A stretch of 64,000 nucleotides of DNA from Antedon mediterranea. Its lineage: Eukaryota > Animalia > Echinodermata. Position 1 is the stretch's first letter; each line of letters begins with the position of its first letter. Location: the NCBI RefSeq assembly GCF_964355755.1, contig NC_092672.1, positions 15,252,001-15,316,000 of the forward strand. Reading direction: 5' to 3'. Both the position numbers and the translations under genes were made by a program. Under the pieces are notes generated by a model that had not been told where the DNA came from, made no database searches, and saw only the letters and a program-made list of their open reading frames with translations. Shown here in pieces: positions 51,796-64,000 of the stretch.

Positions 51796-54209
51796 TTAAG
51801 TACTCTTGAATTTATCATATCAGGGCCAGGAGATTTACTTCAAATGCTTCACAACTTCTTCCACCTCAAAGAAAACTGAATCAACTCTAATATCTGTCTT
51901 GCGTTTCTCTGAATCAAAATGTTGGGGTTGGGTAGAATCCCCTTTGGTGTACACTTTAACAAATGCCTCATTAAAAACTTCTGCTTTCATTTTACTTGAA
52001 GACACAGACACTCCACTTTGATCTACCAAATTTTGAATACCATGCTATTTCTTTGACTTAGCTTTAAAATACGTCCAAAATGCTTTGGATTCTCTTTTAC
52101 TTCTGATGCCAGTTTACGCTCAAAAGATGCCTAATTCTCTTTGCAAATCTCCGTAGTAGATTTGTTTCTAAATCTCACAAACTCCTTCCAAGATGCATCA
52201 TTTCTTTTATTTTGGTAAACATTCCATGCCTTGTGCTTTTGTTTAATTATTAACTTATTCATCCACTGTTTCCGTTTACCATTACATTTTTTTGAAAGGG
52301 GTATGAACTTAGAGATACAATCCTGAAGAGAATCTTCAACCAACAAAGCTAAATCATTTGGAGATAAGTGTACAGCAGCTTGTTCCAAATTGAGGTCTTT
52401 TAAATGATTCCGCATAGCTTGATAATCACCCTTGTAATAATTTCTCACTATCGGTACCTCTTCCGTTTCAGTAAAACATTCCATTTTAAAAGACAAAACA
52501 ACATGATTACTGAGACCAAGAGCTGGCTTATAACTTAAATCTTTAATAAGAACTCATCTCGAGAAAAAAATCAAATCCAGAACACTTGGTTCATCTCCTT
52601 CACGAATTCTAGTAGGCAAAATGCAGTGTTGAACCCAAAACAAATCCTCAACACATTCTAAAAAATTACGTGCAAGTCTTTCACCTGGAATATTCATCAA
52701 AGACCAATCTATGGATTTATAATTAAAATCAAGAATATGATCGGAATAAAAATTGTCTGCTCTCCTTAATAACTCTAAAAGCAACTCATTGTTCGAAGAT
52801 GTACTGTTGGGACTTCTATACACACAACCAATTAAAACCGTCTGATTATTTGCAAGCTTTAAATTTAACCAAACAGATTCTTTGAACTGTTCATTTGTAA
52901 AAGCTTCAGATACCGAAATACTTTGTTTAACGAAAATGTCAATTCCTCTGATTGAATACTTGGGATAAAGCAATTGATACCCTTCCAAACAAAAACTACT
53001 ATAGTCAATCTCAAATAAAAAAATTGTTGGAAACATTTCAGTCAAGAAAATAAAATCTGGTTTCTCTTGATCGATTCTTACAATTAATTCATCTTTCTTA
53101 TTATATAAAGAATCACAGTTGGTATAAAGGCACAAAAAAGTTTCTAAATCAGATTTTTTCTTTAGGTTAAATTCAGTGTTAAATATACTGAGATTTATTA
53201 CATATGCGTCCACGGCGGATTTCTAAGTCCTAATTCTAAACCATTTTTTTTTTATAATTTCAAAAGCAGATTTAAAAAATCAATAACTGAATAAACTAAA
53301 TTTTAAACGAAATCATCCTTTATTAAAATCCTTAATTCAATTAAATTAATTCATAATGCATGCAAGTATAATTATATACAACTTAGGATTATGAACTACG
53401 GTATAACACGGTATTACGATTTAATGTATAACTGCAAGGTTTTTGTGGGGTTGACCTCAGCCCGTGCAACACGCTAAAAATTAAAGACGTGTTCAAATTT
53501 AGGGTGTTGTATAAACACAGCCCAATTGGTAGTTTTGTAAGTTACTAGGTAGATCTACTTAGTTTTTTAACGAGGTAGAACAACCTAGTGTGACATCGTC
53601 ATTTTTTTCAAAGGGTTTTTCCTTCTTTCCCATCAGTAGAATCAGCTTCTTTCAGCCTATAATCAATAACATTATTCCTTCTACCCAACTTTTCCGACAT
53701 ATCCTCAAACTTTCGCTTAACCATTTCTTCAAAATTCTTATCAATATCAGTGTTTTTATCATCAACAAGGTTGTAGATTGCGTCAGTATATTTTTAAACG
53801 TCAATTTTAATGTTATTTATTTCTGAATTTATTTCTTTCTTATTATATACATTAATACATTTTAAACTTGTTTAAAAATTAATTTTGAAACAAGGAAACT
53901 ATGAGAATGAAAACTTGCCGTCATAAGATATTATAATTATATTATATGTTACATTATTATATAGGCTATAATTTCGTCTTTAAAATTTTCAAGTAAAGAA
54001 CAAATAACTTGTCACAAAATGAGTCCAAATTTTTGATTTTGGACTCATTTGAACAAACCCAATTTGTGTTTTGTATGTAACATTAGGGAGGGGCGGGGAA
54101 GAGGATGTGTACAAATAGGCTAGTCAATCTAGCATTTTGAGTGAAACAAATTGCAAACAGAGATTTTTTTTTTTAAATGGTTTCATATGATAAGGTGATT
54201 ATATCCGAA

Positions 54210-55035
54210 GGTATGCAAATTAGCTTAAATATGAAAATTAGGGTGAAATTACAGGGTTACCATATCTTAAAAACTACTAATCGTAGAGAGTTCATTTTTG
54301 CACAGTCTGGTTCAGAATATATATATTTATATTTGCTCTAATGAGACATTTTATAAAAAAATGTCCGGAAGTACCAAATTTTGACCCTTGACCCCATTTT
54401 TAAATATTTGCATAAATATGTGATTAAAATGTCTGTAGAGACTTTATTTTGGACTCAATGACTTGGATATTGTTTTTCAATACCCACCATAGAACTGTAT
54501 TATAATTCATAAAATCACACCTTTGTCACGCACCTCGAAAGTATACAAATTAGTAGTACAAGTAACATTAAATATGCAAATTAGAAAGTGAAATTACAGC
54601 GTTGCCATATCTCGAAAACCGCTAATGCTAGAGCGTTGATTTTTTCACTAAAATATTTAAAATATGTATATTTATATTTGCTGTAATGAGACATGTTACA
54701 AAAAAATGTCCGGAAGTACCAAAATTTGACCTTTGACCCCATTTATCAATATCTCAATATAAATGTGACTAAAATGTCTGTAGAGACTTTATTTCATCCT
54801 CAAATGACTTGGATACAGGTTTTCAATAATAAGCATAGGATTGTTTTGTAATTCTAAAAAATCACACCTTCATAACGCACCTCGAAAATATGCAGATTAG
54901 TAGTACAAGTTAGATAATATGCAAATTAGGCAGTGGAATTACAGCGTTGCCATATCTCGAAAACTGATAATGCTAGAATGTTGATTTATTCACTGAACTA
55001 CTCAACACATCTATTTGTATTTGTTTTAATTATTT
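54210..55035. repeat. Diverged ~350-bp tandem units, probably the subterminal region of the adjacent Academ-like element
   Basis: ATGCAAATTAG..GTGAAATTACAG..CCATATCT recurs three times; AAAAATGTCCGGAAGTACCAAA recurs twice. Confidence 0.7.
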
Positions 55036-55199
55036 GTAAGTACCACTTTTGACATCTTATTACCAGGTTTTTTCTAATATGAACATGAATAATAACATAT
55101 TTTTCTTACCATCGTTGTAGTCATATGGTTAAGCTCCAATTTATTACACTTTCCTATTTAAAAAACAGGCTAAAATTGTTTATATTGAAATGTGTGTAT

Positions 55200-58100
55200 A
55201 TTAGCTAATCCTCAAGCTCATCAGTGCATTCAGAATTACTACAAATTATTCCTCTACAGTTACTGCATGCCGTCTGCAGGAACACGACCAACTTTCACAT
55301 CCACGTGTACAGTTGCATCTGCAAAAAAACTTCTGATTTTGTCAATCTCTCGTACTAAATATTTTTTTAACTACATGATTACAACTATGACTTTCAATTT
55401 ACCTTGTGACAGCTAAAAGTTCCTGTGGTGCAGGGGACTTGGGCCATTTGATCTGATGCAATAATGCCCCTCCATCCAGTACATAACTCACTGATTCATT
55501 CATTCATTTCATTATTTATTTGGTCTATTTAAGTATATACAAAACAAAAAAACTGAAATTGGGGAGACCAGGGTCAACCTAAGTGAACTTAATCACTGTA
55601 GCTGAGCCGGTTGACCCAACCCCAAAGTCAGTTTACACATAAAAGACATAAAGACAAAATACAGTTACAGCGAATCAAAATGAATATGAACTTTTCTAAT
55701 GAATTGTTGCAACAATTAAGATAATACCATAATTGTTGCACAGATTTAAGTAAAACAAACAAATTGACAAGCCATTATCACAATTACTATAAATAAAATG
55801 TAATTGCATTTTTCAAATGTTTCTTGTTCTTGATTTCTCTCAAGTTCTTCTATTATGTTTTTGTCTTCCTCTTCAGATTCATCTAAACTTTCATCAAGTG
55901 TATATGCTCCATAAAGTCTTTCCTAAGAGGTATTTGCTTGCTTGTAGCATCAGTGTTGATGTTTTAAATAAAGCTGGTGGAAATACACTCATTTCAGTTG
56001 TTAATGCATCCTTAAGACCGTCATAATTCCTCAAAGATATAACCATCGTCATCTGCAATCTTGATTTTAGGCCTATTAGACATGTTGACTACTGTATTAT
56101 TTTTCTTGAAATTCTGCTATGTTCTTCCCATCCATTGATTCAAGAATGGATACTCTAATGCTTTTTGTGTCAAGGACATTGTCATTAGCTACTTGACCGT
56201 TACTTATGTTGCGTCATACTGTATTAAAAGGGTTGTTATCATGAAGAAATGACTTTAATTTATCTGTGTATGTGTGATCTCTAGTTATTCTTCCAGTTGT
56301 TAGGTCTTCTGTTGTTCCGATGTTTGGTGATTTTTACCAGATAAGCTTTCCATTTGAATTGACCAGTAAGCTCTAGTTGGCATGCTAAGAAGCCATACTG
56401 TTCGCTGGCTCCAGGAGACAAGCCCTCTGTCTCTTATCATTCCACCACTGCTCTTAAACTTCTCATCAAGGTTTGCTCAATAATAAGGTCCGAAGATAGA
56501 CCAGGCCAAATTTTTTGGCTACGTCGGATAACATGATATCCTTTCAAGAAAGCATTGGGGTGTTCATCTGAAAGACAAGCCATATTTTGGAGATATATTC
56601 GAGCTATTCTAGCATATAAATTATGACCTGAAGCGGCAAATACTGGCAACATATCTCTACATGCTTTCATTCTAATAATAACCAGTTACCCGTTCGCTCC
56701 GCTGTGATATGTATAATAACCACAACTTGGCTGTTTTAGACTTGGTTACATGCTCTATGTGATTTTCCAGACACTCCTCTGCATACTGTAATTTACTGAT
56801 TTCTCGTAATCGGTTAGTTTTGTTGATGCAAGTCTTAGATAGATATCTTCAATTTCTTGTACCTTGATTTTTTCCTCTATCTCGTTTAATATAATTGCAT
56901 AGATGGCACGCACAATCAGAAAATGTGCTTGTAAAGCATGTGAATATGACTTGCCACTGATCATTGCATCAATTGAATTTCGGGCATACACTTCAGCTAT
57001 CACATCTCGGATCCCGCTACCCTCCATTAACATCCCAATGCTTCCTAGGTAAGACATTAAGATATGAAAACCGCCTAATTGAAGTACGAGCTCACCAAGA
57101 CTTTCTTTTGCTGGTATTGTTTCAACCATCAATCGCGCCTTATGGTATAAAGGGAGGTAAAATGTTACAACAGGTGTCACTTGATATCTTTTGGCATGCT
57201 CACATATAAATATAATGTTGAGATTATGCAACTTGGATCATTAGGTTCTAAATCGATAATCGGCAAAAAGAGTATATTTGCTTTATCAGTGTAGTTTTGC
57301 TCATAGTGCAAACCCTGCATCATTCCACTCCATGATGGGCATCTTTCTCTGAATAATAGGGAACACTTCCAAAAACATCTGAAAGGATGCATCTAACGTT
57401 ACACTATCCCAATCCGTTGCCCAGAGAAAGTCATACTTGTTGTAATATATAAGTTTAGATGCCCACTTAACATCATCATAGTTGATAATGTTTGTTTTAG
57501 CAATCTGCTTGATTTCATCCTCTGTAACCTTTCGTCTTATCACATTTTGTACTGGCTGGAAATTTATATGCCCCCCGGCAGCAATAAGACCCATTGCATG
57601 GAGCGTATCAAGTCCATCAAGGGTACACACATTGTGGTCAATGTTATCGGCTACATAGTTAAGAACTGTTGATTCAGAATGATCAACCTGCAAATGTGTG
57701 TCGCTGTTAACCGCTGAAGCCTCTTCATAGTCGATGACATCCTGGTATGCAGCTGACATTCCAAATTGATATAATGTATCAATCAAATACCTGCTCATAC
57801 ACCAAGACCAAACAACATGGGAGAGGTAAGCATTCTTGGTTTAGCTGCTTGGATTGTGGCTTGTGCAATGAAACATTTTTTTTGTCTACACTTGGACTGT
57901 ATTAATCTACTATAAAATATTTGCCAGCTTTCAGGAAGAAAATCCCAACACACATCTATATCTTGAATATCTTCAGGTGAAGGATATATAGCATTTTGTC
58001 ACATGATTTTAATATTGCATCCTCAAGTAAAAGTTTTGCTGCAGTATCGATAATTTGATTCTTCAGTGATTGTTTATCTGTGTCCTCTTTATGAAACTTT

Positions 58101-58228
58101 CGTATAATTGTGTCGGTTTGTGATTTTAACGAAACCAGTACCTCCTTGTTTCCACCTGTAAAAATCAAGTTATCATTAAATCTTTCTTTCAACTGTTGTT
58201 TCATGTATGGGTTAGAATATGAACCTTG
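55200..58228 (-). pseudogene. Second decayed Academ-like transposase
   Basis: YVADNIDHNVCTLDGLDTLHAMGLI, FLPIIDLEPND, LGGFHILMSYLGSIG, FAASGHNLYAR and SSDLIIEQTLMRS; YVLDGGALLH then a deletion-fused Cys-rich C-terminus. Confidence 0.8.
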
Positions 58229-58420
58229 TTGAACCCACAAATGGGAAAACGCCCACAAATGTGAAAACAACCACAAATGTGAAAACGCATCAACCACAAA
58301 TGTGAAAACAGCGCCCACAAATGTGAAAACGATCATCGCCCACAAATGTGATAACGCCCACAAATGTGATAACGCCCACAAATGTAAAAAATAGAGTGAC
58401 TTTTTCGCCCACAAATGTAA
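58226..58420 (+). repeat. Array of ~10 CCCACAAATGTG motifs, probable DNA-transposon end
   Basis: TGTTGAACCCACAAATG followed by reiterated (C)CCACAAATGTGA spaced about 17-25 bp apart; truncates the Academ coding relic. Confidence 0.65.
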
Positions 58421-60329
58421 AAAAAAATCAAATCAAATTCAGTGCTAGACTCAAACAATTTTGATCGAGTTAATACATTATATCATGATTGCATTGAGTT
58501 GTTTCAATAATTGTTTGTTCACGATACGTATGTTAGGGTCGTCGTTACGCGTTGGATTATTATCATTTGCTGCTCGTGTGGGCGATATTTGCATGTTAAC
58601 TCGTTTGTTTAATGAACGCAATAGTTCAAGATCAAGGCCATGTTATATCATTGTTGCTTGTAGTGTGGGGTTGTTGGCTTACTATTATTATACGTACAGT
58701 TATAAGTCGATGTTCGATGTTTTCTTGCGCGCGCACACGATACAACAAGGTCAAGGTTAAATTGCTACTTGTATGTAATGTGTGGTTGTTAACTCGTTGG
58801 CTTACTTTTATGTACGTATAGTTCCAAGTCGATGCTCGATTCGATGTTTTTTTGTGCGCATGCACGATACTACAAGGTCATATATCATTACTGCTTGAAG
58901 TGCAGTTTGGGCTTACTATATTAGTATTATGTACGTATTATAGCTCCAAGTCGATGCACGGTGTACACGATACTTACAAGATCAATGCTATACTCGTCCA
59001 GTTATTGCAGTAGTTCCTAATGTTCAATTTTTTTACAAAAATATAACCACAAGAGCAAGAACAACTAATAAATTAATTTTAGAGCGATAAACAAATTGTA
59101 ACATAGAATAATACCGTAACACCAGTATCCAACCAAACATAATACACGATACGATATTATCAAACTTGTCACGAACATGTATTCTATAAAACATACTATG
59201 AAATCTATAACAATTATACTAATGGACAAAACTTCCTAATACTATACTACTATTTACATTCGTGGTTTAATTTTTATATCTATTTTTAGCGGATAATTAT
59301 AAAGATATACGGAGAATAATATTACCTATTGAATGCATTAAAATAAATAACTGATTTATAAATCTACTATCAAAGGATGTGGGAACCAAACGTATACTCG
59401 ACAATTCAAAGAAATAGAATTATGTATAATATAATTATAAGTAAATAAGTCAACGTACAAGGTACAACGGTATTATTAATGAGGAACAAACTGGCTTCAT
59501 GAATTACCTAACAAAATATTTAAGGAGGAGTTGCAATGCGATTAAATAATGTTATCTACTAATAGTAGGCCTACACTTGATTGGAGATGCCTATAACACT
59601 AACTGTATGAGCATTAGAAGTCATATTTGCTGGTATTAATCACGAACCAACCAGGTAGTGTTGTTTTACATAACACCAACCAACCACTATGCCATTTTTT
59701 AACAGGTAGGAATATCCGAAGTATCATTGACAGTCCACTGGATTTTCCTGCGTTCCTTATTAATTTTCTGACACTGATAACATGTTCATAATCTGTCGCA
59801 TTTGGCAATTTGAGTGCTTTCAATATGTAGGAAGTAATGTGAAGTCTTGGCTCTCCTATCGACATTACAGCCTGGTTGACAGCAGCATTAAACTGCCAGT
59901 TCACACAGCCCAACATACATCTCTCCTGATAGCGTATTCGACTATTTTCAGAATCTACTCAAAAGGCAAATAGTCAAAATAACATACATCGCCAGTTGTA
60001 GGTTTTTCAATAAAAACATTAGGAACTGGATGGTCGTTTTCAGAAAAATGTCCCTCCGCTTCGAAATTATCCAAAACTGACTGGTCGGCGTCAGAAATAT
60101 GTCGCTCATCAAAATTATCTAGAAGCGTCTGGTGGTCGCCATAAGAAATAGGTTGCTCGTCGAAATCCGGCATATTTCTCCTCGAAGAGCGAGATATACA
60201 CGAAAAGTAGAAAATTCATTGAACACCCCTCTGTCTAAATGGTACAGTCCACAAACCTCAAGTGGGAACATCCCTACAATTCACCATCATCATTTCTCAA
60301 GACCTCTTGTCTGAGGAGATGGCGGGAGG

Positions 60330-62140
60330 GTGTTTATCCAGGTAAGCTAGCACTTATAGACTACCAACACCATTTCTGGTTTGTGTAGTCTATTACGTGC
60401 CTAGCTTACCTGGATAAACCGATAAATGCCAGTGTAGCACCGGTGGGAGACAAGCTACCAATGAGCTTTGTGTGCCCATCACTGATGTGGTAAGCGGAGC
60501 TGTCCAAGGTAATGTGTTCACCATCATGGACAGATGGTGCACAACAGCGGCACAGGTAACATTTGGTTTCCCAAGTCCGTGCATCGATTTCTTTATTTAT
60601 TTATTTTTTTTAAGCAAGATCTTGAAGCAAGACCTTGAGGCCGTACAGGAATCCACAACTCTTTAGTGGCTCTGACGGTATCCTTTTCAAAAGAGCACCT
60701 CGCTCACCGGGGGCTCTGATTTGATGCAGTTTCCCTCATGCTAGAAAACTTCATTAAGTACTAGCTGCACCCTCCACAATTACCTCTGACTTGGTTCTAA
60801 GGTAAGAGCGAACAACTTGCCTCAGCATTTACCTGGCGCCATTGGCAGACCAAATGCTATTATAAGCAGGCTATAAGGGTGGGTGTGTGAGAGAGTGGCT
60901 AGGACGACGTTAACATCCCATTGAGGAATCAAGACCTTGACTGAAGGTCGTTCTCTGAGCATACCCCGAATCAACTGCGTGATAACGGATGATGACGAGA
61001 TAGTGAAACCGTCTTTAAGTGTTGGTGTCACCCAATGGCGGACATAGCCTGAAATGGTGCGGACCTGAAGACCTGACTCAAATAGGTAATGCAGGAAGGC
61101 GCATACTTGACCGAGAGTAACTGACCCTGGCTCTATTTGTTAGCGCCTGCACCATGTAAATAAATACTTTAATCGGCTATTGTAGACGGTAAGAGTAGAT
61201 TCCCAAAGAGATTTCGCCGCGAGGGCGGCAGGGCCATCCGGAATGCCTGAGTCTCGGAGCTGATCCCTGACAATGGCTATACAGTCAGGCGCAAGGATTG
61301 TAGGTTCTGTAGTGAGAACAGAGCTCGGCCCTGCGTCAGCAGATCCTCTCGAACTGGAAGACGCAGGGGAAAATCGTAGAGCTGGTCGTGAAGCAGTGGA
61401 TACCACGCTTGTCGAGCCCAGCCCGGGACGATCATAAGGACCCGGCAAGGATGGCGCTGAATGTGCGTCAGAACAGTTGTTATTAGTGAGATCGGTGGAA
61501 ATGCATAAGCCCATAGTCCACGCCAAGGTATGGACAAGGCATCCACTGCCCACGCACGAGCATCCCCGAACCGTGAGCTGCATGTTGTCTGACGTCGCAA
61601 ACAGATCTATGTGAGGCCACCCAAAGTGGTCGAATATAAATGTGGCAATGCAGAGTAGAAGCCGCCATTCCTTAGGACATAATGTTTGTCGGAAAACAAG
61701 GCGTCCGCAACTACATTGAGGCTGTGATGTTGTTGCCTATGCACCACAACATCAGTGTCCAAAGGAGCACAACGTCGGAGACCTCGTGCCTCCTTGACGA
61801 TTTATGTATGCTACCACAGTTGTGTTGTCGGAATGAATTAGGATGTGACGATCGGACACGTGGGGCAAGAAAGCCTGTAGAGTCCTTTCGACTGCTCAAA
61901 GTTCTAGAAGGTTGATGTGGGTGCGCTTCCTTTGCCGTTCAAACACTGGAGGTGCGTATTGCCTTAGAGCAACCGCCCCAGCCTATCTCGGAGTCATCCG
62001 TCTCTATAAGGATGTCCGGCATTGATTTTGAATTGGCACTCCCACATTCAGCCTGCCTTCTACCAGCCACCATTTGAGATGAAGGCATTCATCGAAACAC
62101 TATGAGTAATGAGTCTAAGTGCGGTCGGTAATAAGCCAGC
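60330..62140 (-). mobile_element. Decayed DIRS1-like tyrosine-recombinase retrotransposon (RNase H, methyltransferase-like domain, YR N-terminus)
   Basis: TDDSEIGWGG, HINLLEL, SDNTTVVAYINRQGGTRS, DALSIPW..AYAFPP..WYPLL and LIRGMLRERP..PQWDVNVVL; inverted repeat at 60333-60419. Confidence 0.88.
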
Positions 62141-62567
62141 AGATAAGGCGTCATGTCCAAATGTTTTCAAACTGACAAAGCGCGTTAATCGCGTTTTCTT
62201 TTGTTTTAGCTTTAGCGTGAAAATTCTAAAATCGTCAGACCGTTTTGAAAATGGACAATATGCATAAGCTTGTATATAGTTCCGCCCACTAACATGCTTG
62301 ACTGATTTTTACGAATCGTTTAACGTCGTTGCGAATCGCTTCTTGTAACGTCGTTTGACACTGCGTTAACGATGAGTCATCACAAACAAGGCCCAAACAA
62401 TTTGTTTCAGGTTGCCTTGTAAGAGAGTTTGTAGCTGAATTGTATTCCGGGGATGCTGATCTCAAGCATCATTCTAAAATGTTTATAAGTTCTTAACCTC
62501 AATAAATAATTTAATATTAATAATAAACAGGGGCCTGGAATGTGTTTTAGTCGCCTTCTTTTACATA

Positions 62568-64000
62568 CCGTATTTTCCGGAGTATAGGTCGAGACTTTGT
62601 GCGACAATTTTAATTGCAAAATCGGGGGGTCGACTTATACTCCGACCATGCGATTTTTGAAAAAAATCAGGCCGAAAAAATATGTTCAAAAGCCGTCAGC
62701 TGTCAAGCAAGGCCTAGCAAGGTCAGTGGCCTATCATCAATCACTCACAGAAGTTTTCAATTTAATACCTACATTGTACAACTCCAACAAATACTCTGGT
62801 CAATAAAATATTAATATATCACACACAAAGACTCATTTTGATGTTAATATTACGCTTTTAAGATAATTAAGAAACCGTTATTCCAACAACTTTCTTCCGT
62901 CAGCACACCGCTGTCATTTTGTGTTGTGAGAACCAAGTTGGGCGCGGAGTGGGATAGGGCTAGCGTACAGCTGCGATGCGGTCATATGACAGCACATGTT
63001 TTTCATGATGTTGCACCTCTGCTGCATCTGAACTCTAAAAAAAAGAGTGCAAATACAAATAATGGAAGCACCTCTACTGTACATTAATTAAACAGTATTA
63101 TTGTTTGTTATATTTATTACAGTTGTTTCGTTCAATGTAAAATTAGTAATTGGGTAGAATATAGTCCTTGTTGATAATCATCGCTTGGTTGCTGCTGGCT
63201 GACACAGGTCGCGCTTGACACAGCATTGGAGAGACCACGAGGTAGAAGAATGCGCAATATCACCGCATCACACAGCAGCAGAGTAAAAGCTAAACAAAGT
63301 AAAGGGGATTTCCTGTGCGTAGACTCGACCCTCAGATGTGATTTTTTCCTTCTGTTTTTTTAATGATACTGCACGCGTCGTTACAGTACTTTTTATGTTC
63401 TGTTTTGTTAAATTGTTGATAAATGCTGATAAAATAAAGTCGTAAATAAATGAAATGTACAATAATTGTGTAGGCCTATAAATCATAATTTAGGTACTGA
63501 AGACTCATTAAAAACTGATAATTAATTATAATACTAAAGCCGCCCGACATACAAAATCTGCCAGACATAAACATAAATACAAAAGATTAAAAAAAAAGAT
63601 GTATATAATTATAAATGATAATCCATCAAAAAACTAAAATCCTTCAAAGTCCTCGTCATCGTCTGAATCGCCAAATAACGCATACCAGTCCGCTTCAGTT
63701 ACCCCATCGTCGTATGGATCAACAATATCGTCATCGTCAGAAATGTCGGCTTCAATTTCATTATCGTCATCGTCCCAAAGTATGTCATCTTCCGTCCCAT
63801 CCAGTGCATTACTTATACTACATTTTTTAAAAGAGTTGATTATAATGTCTGGCTTTAAATCATTCCAGGCATCCACTACCCATGAACACACAGTCGGCAA
63901 TGATGCTGCACGCATGTTACCGGCGGCTGTGTATGACTTTTCCCCATTCACCATCCAGTCGTTCCACATCCTCCTCATGGCATCTTTAAATGGTTTGTTA
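62568..64000 (-). mobile_element. pogo/Tigger-like DNA transposon, 3' part, cut by the window end
   Basis: TA followed by a CCGTATTTTCCGGAGTATAGGTCG TIR; the transposase C-terminus runs off the window. Confidence 0.85.
63634..64000 (-). CDS. pogo-family DDE transposase C-terminus (partial)
   Basis: NKPFK..MRRMWNDWM, WVVDAWNDL and SFKKCSISNALDGTEDD, followed by an acidic tail. Confidence 0.85.
   Translation of the reverse strand, partial: NKPFKDAMRRMWNDWMVNGEKSYTAAGNMRAASLPTVCSWVVDAWNDLKPDIIINSFKKCSISNALDGTEDDILWDDDDNEIEADISDDDDIVDPYDDGVTEADWYALFGDSDDDEDFEGF

Larger units (their letters stand above)
49095..53150 (-). pseudogene. CR1-type LINE ORF2 (APE plus RT), split by two TTAA insertions
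   Basis: CLYTNCDSL, IGCVYRSPNS, SVLDLIF, YFDFQKAVDKVPHGRLL and WQLPFNLTKCKVIH. Confidence 0.92.

Noticed and set aside
55200-55230. Possible hammerhead on the minus strand (CTGATGA-GCT..AGC)
   Set aside because: There is no GAAA box, and the sequence reads as the Academ C-terminal codons ECTDELED-stop.
57956-58414. 152-aa ORF with SHLWA repeats
   Set aside because: Chimera of the CCCACAAATGTG DNA motif array and the Academ relic.

Overview
AT-rich eukaryotic (metazoan, probably marine invertebrate; inference) DNA made almost entirely of nested transposable elements. I recognise no host gene. The centrepiece is an apparently intact, very young Ty3/Gypsy LTR retrotransposon (30695-39144). It has 577-bp LTRs that look identical by eye, a TTAG target-site duplication, a PBS and PPT, a -1 frameshift signal between gag and pol, and an unusual HHDD in place of the RT YxDD motif. 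Other highlights: (1) a (TA)n-embedded cluster at 6.9-8.25 kb with three hammerhead ribozyme motifs and two copies of a full tRNA-like cloverleaf lying inside a repeat; (2) two families of hairpin-ended, Crypton-like non-autonomous elements, one copy of which carries an inverted 111-bp copy of its own flank, making a 404-bp palindrome; (3) a ~3.2-kb satellite with a 46-bp unit and higher-order structure; (4) decayed LINEs (L2/CR1, RTE, Rex1/Babar), two Academ-like transposase relics, a DIRS relic, a Harbinger Myb/SANT relic, a pogo-like element and several MITE/HINE insertions. All alignments were done by eye and all family names come from motif recognition, not database searches.
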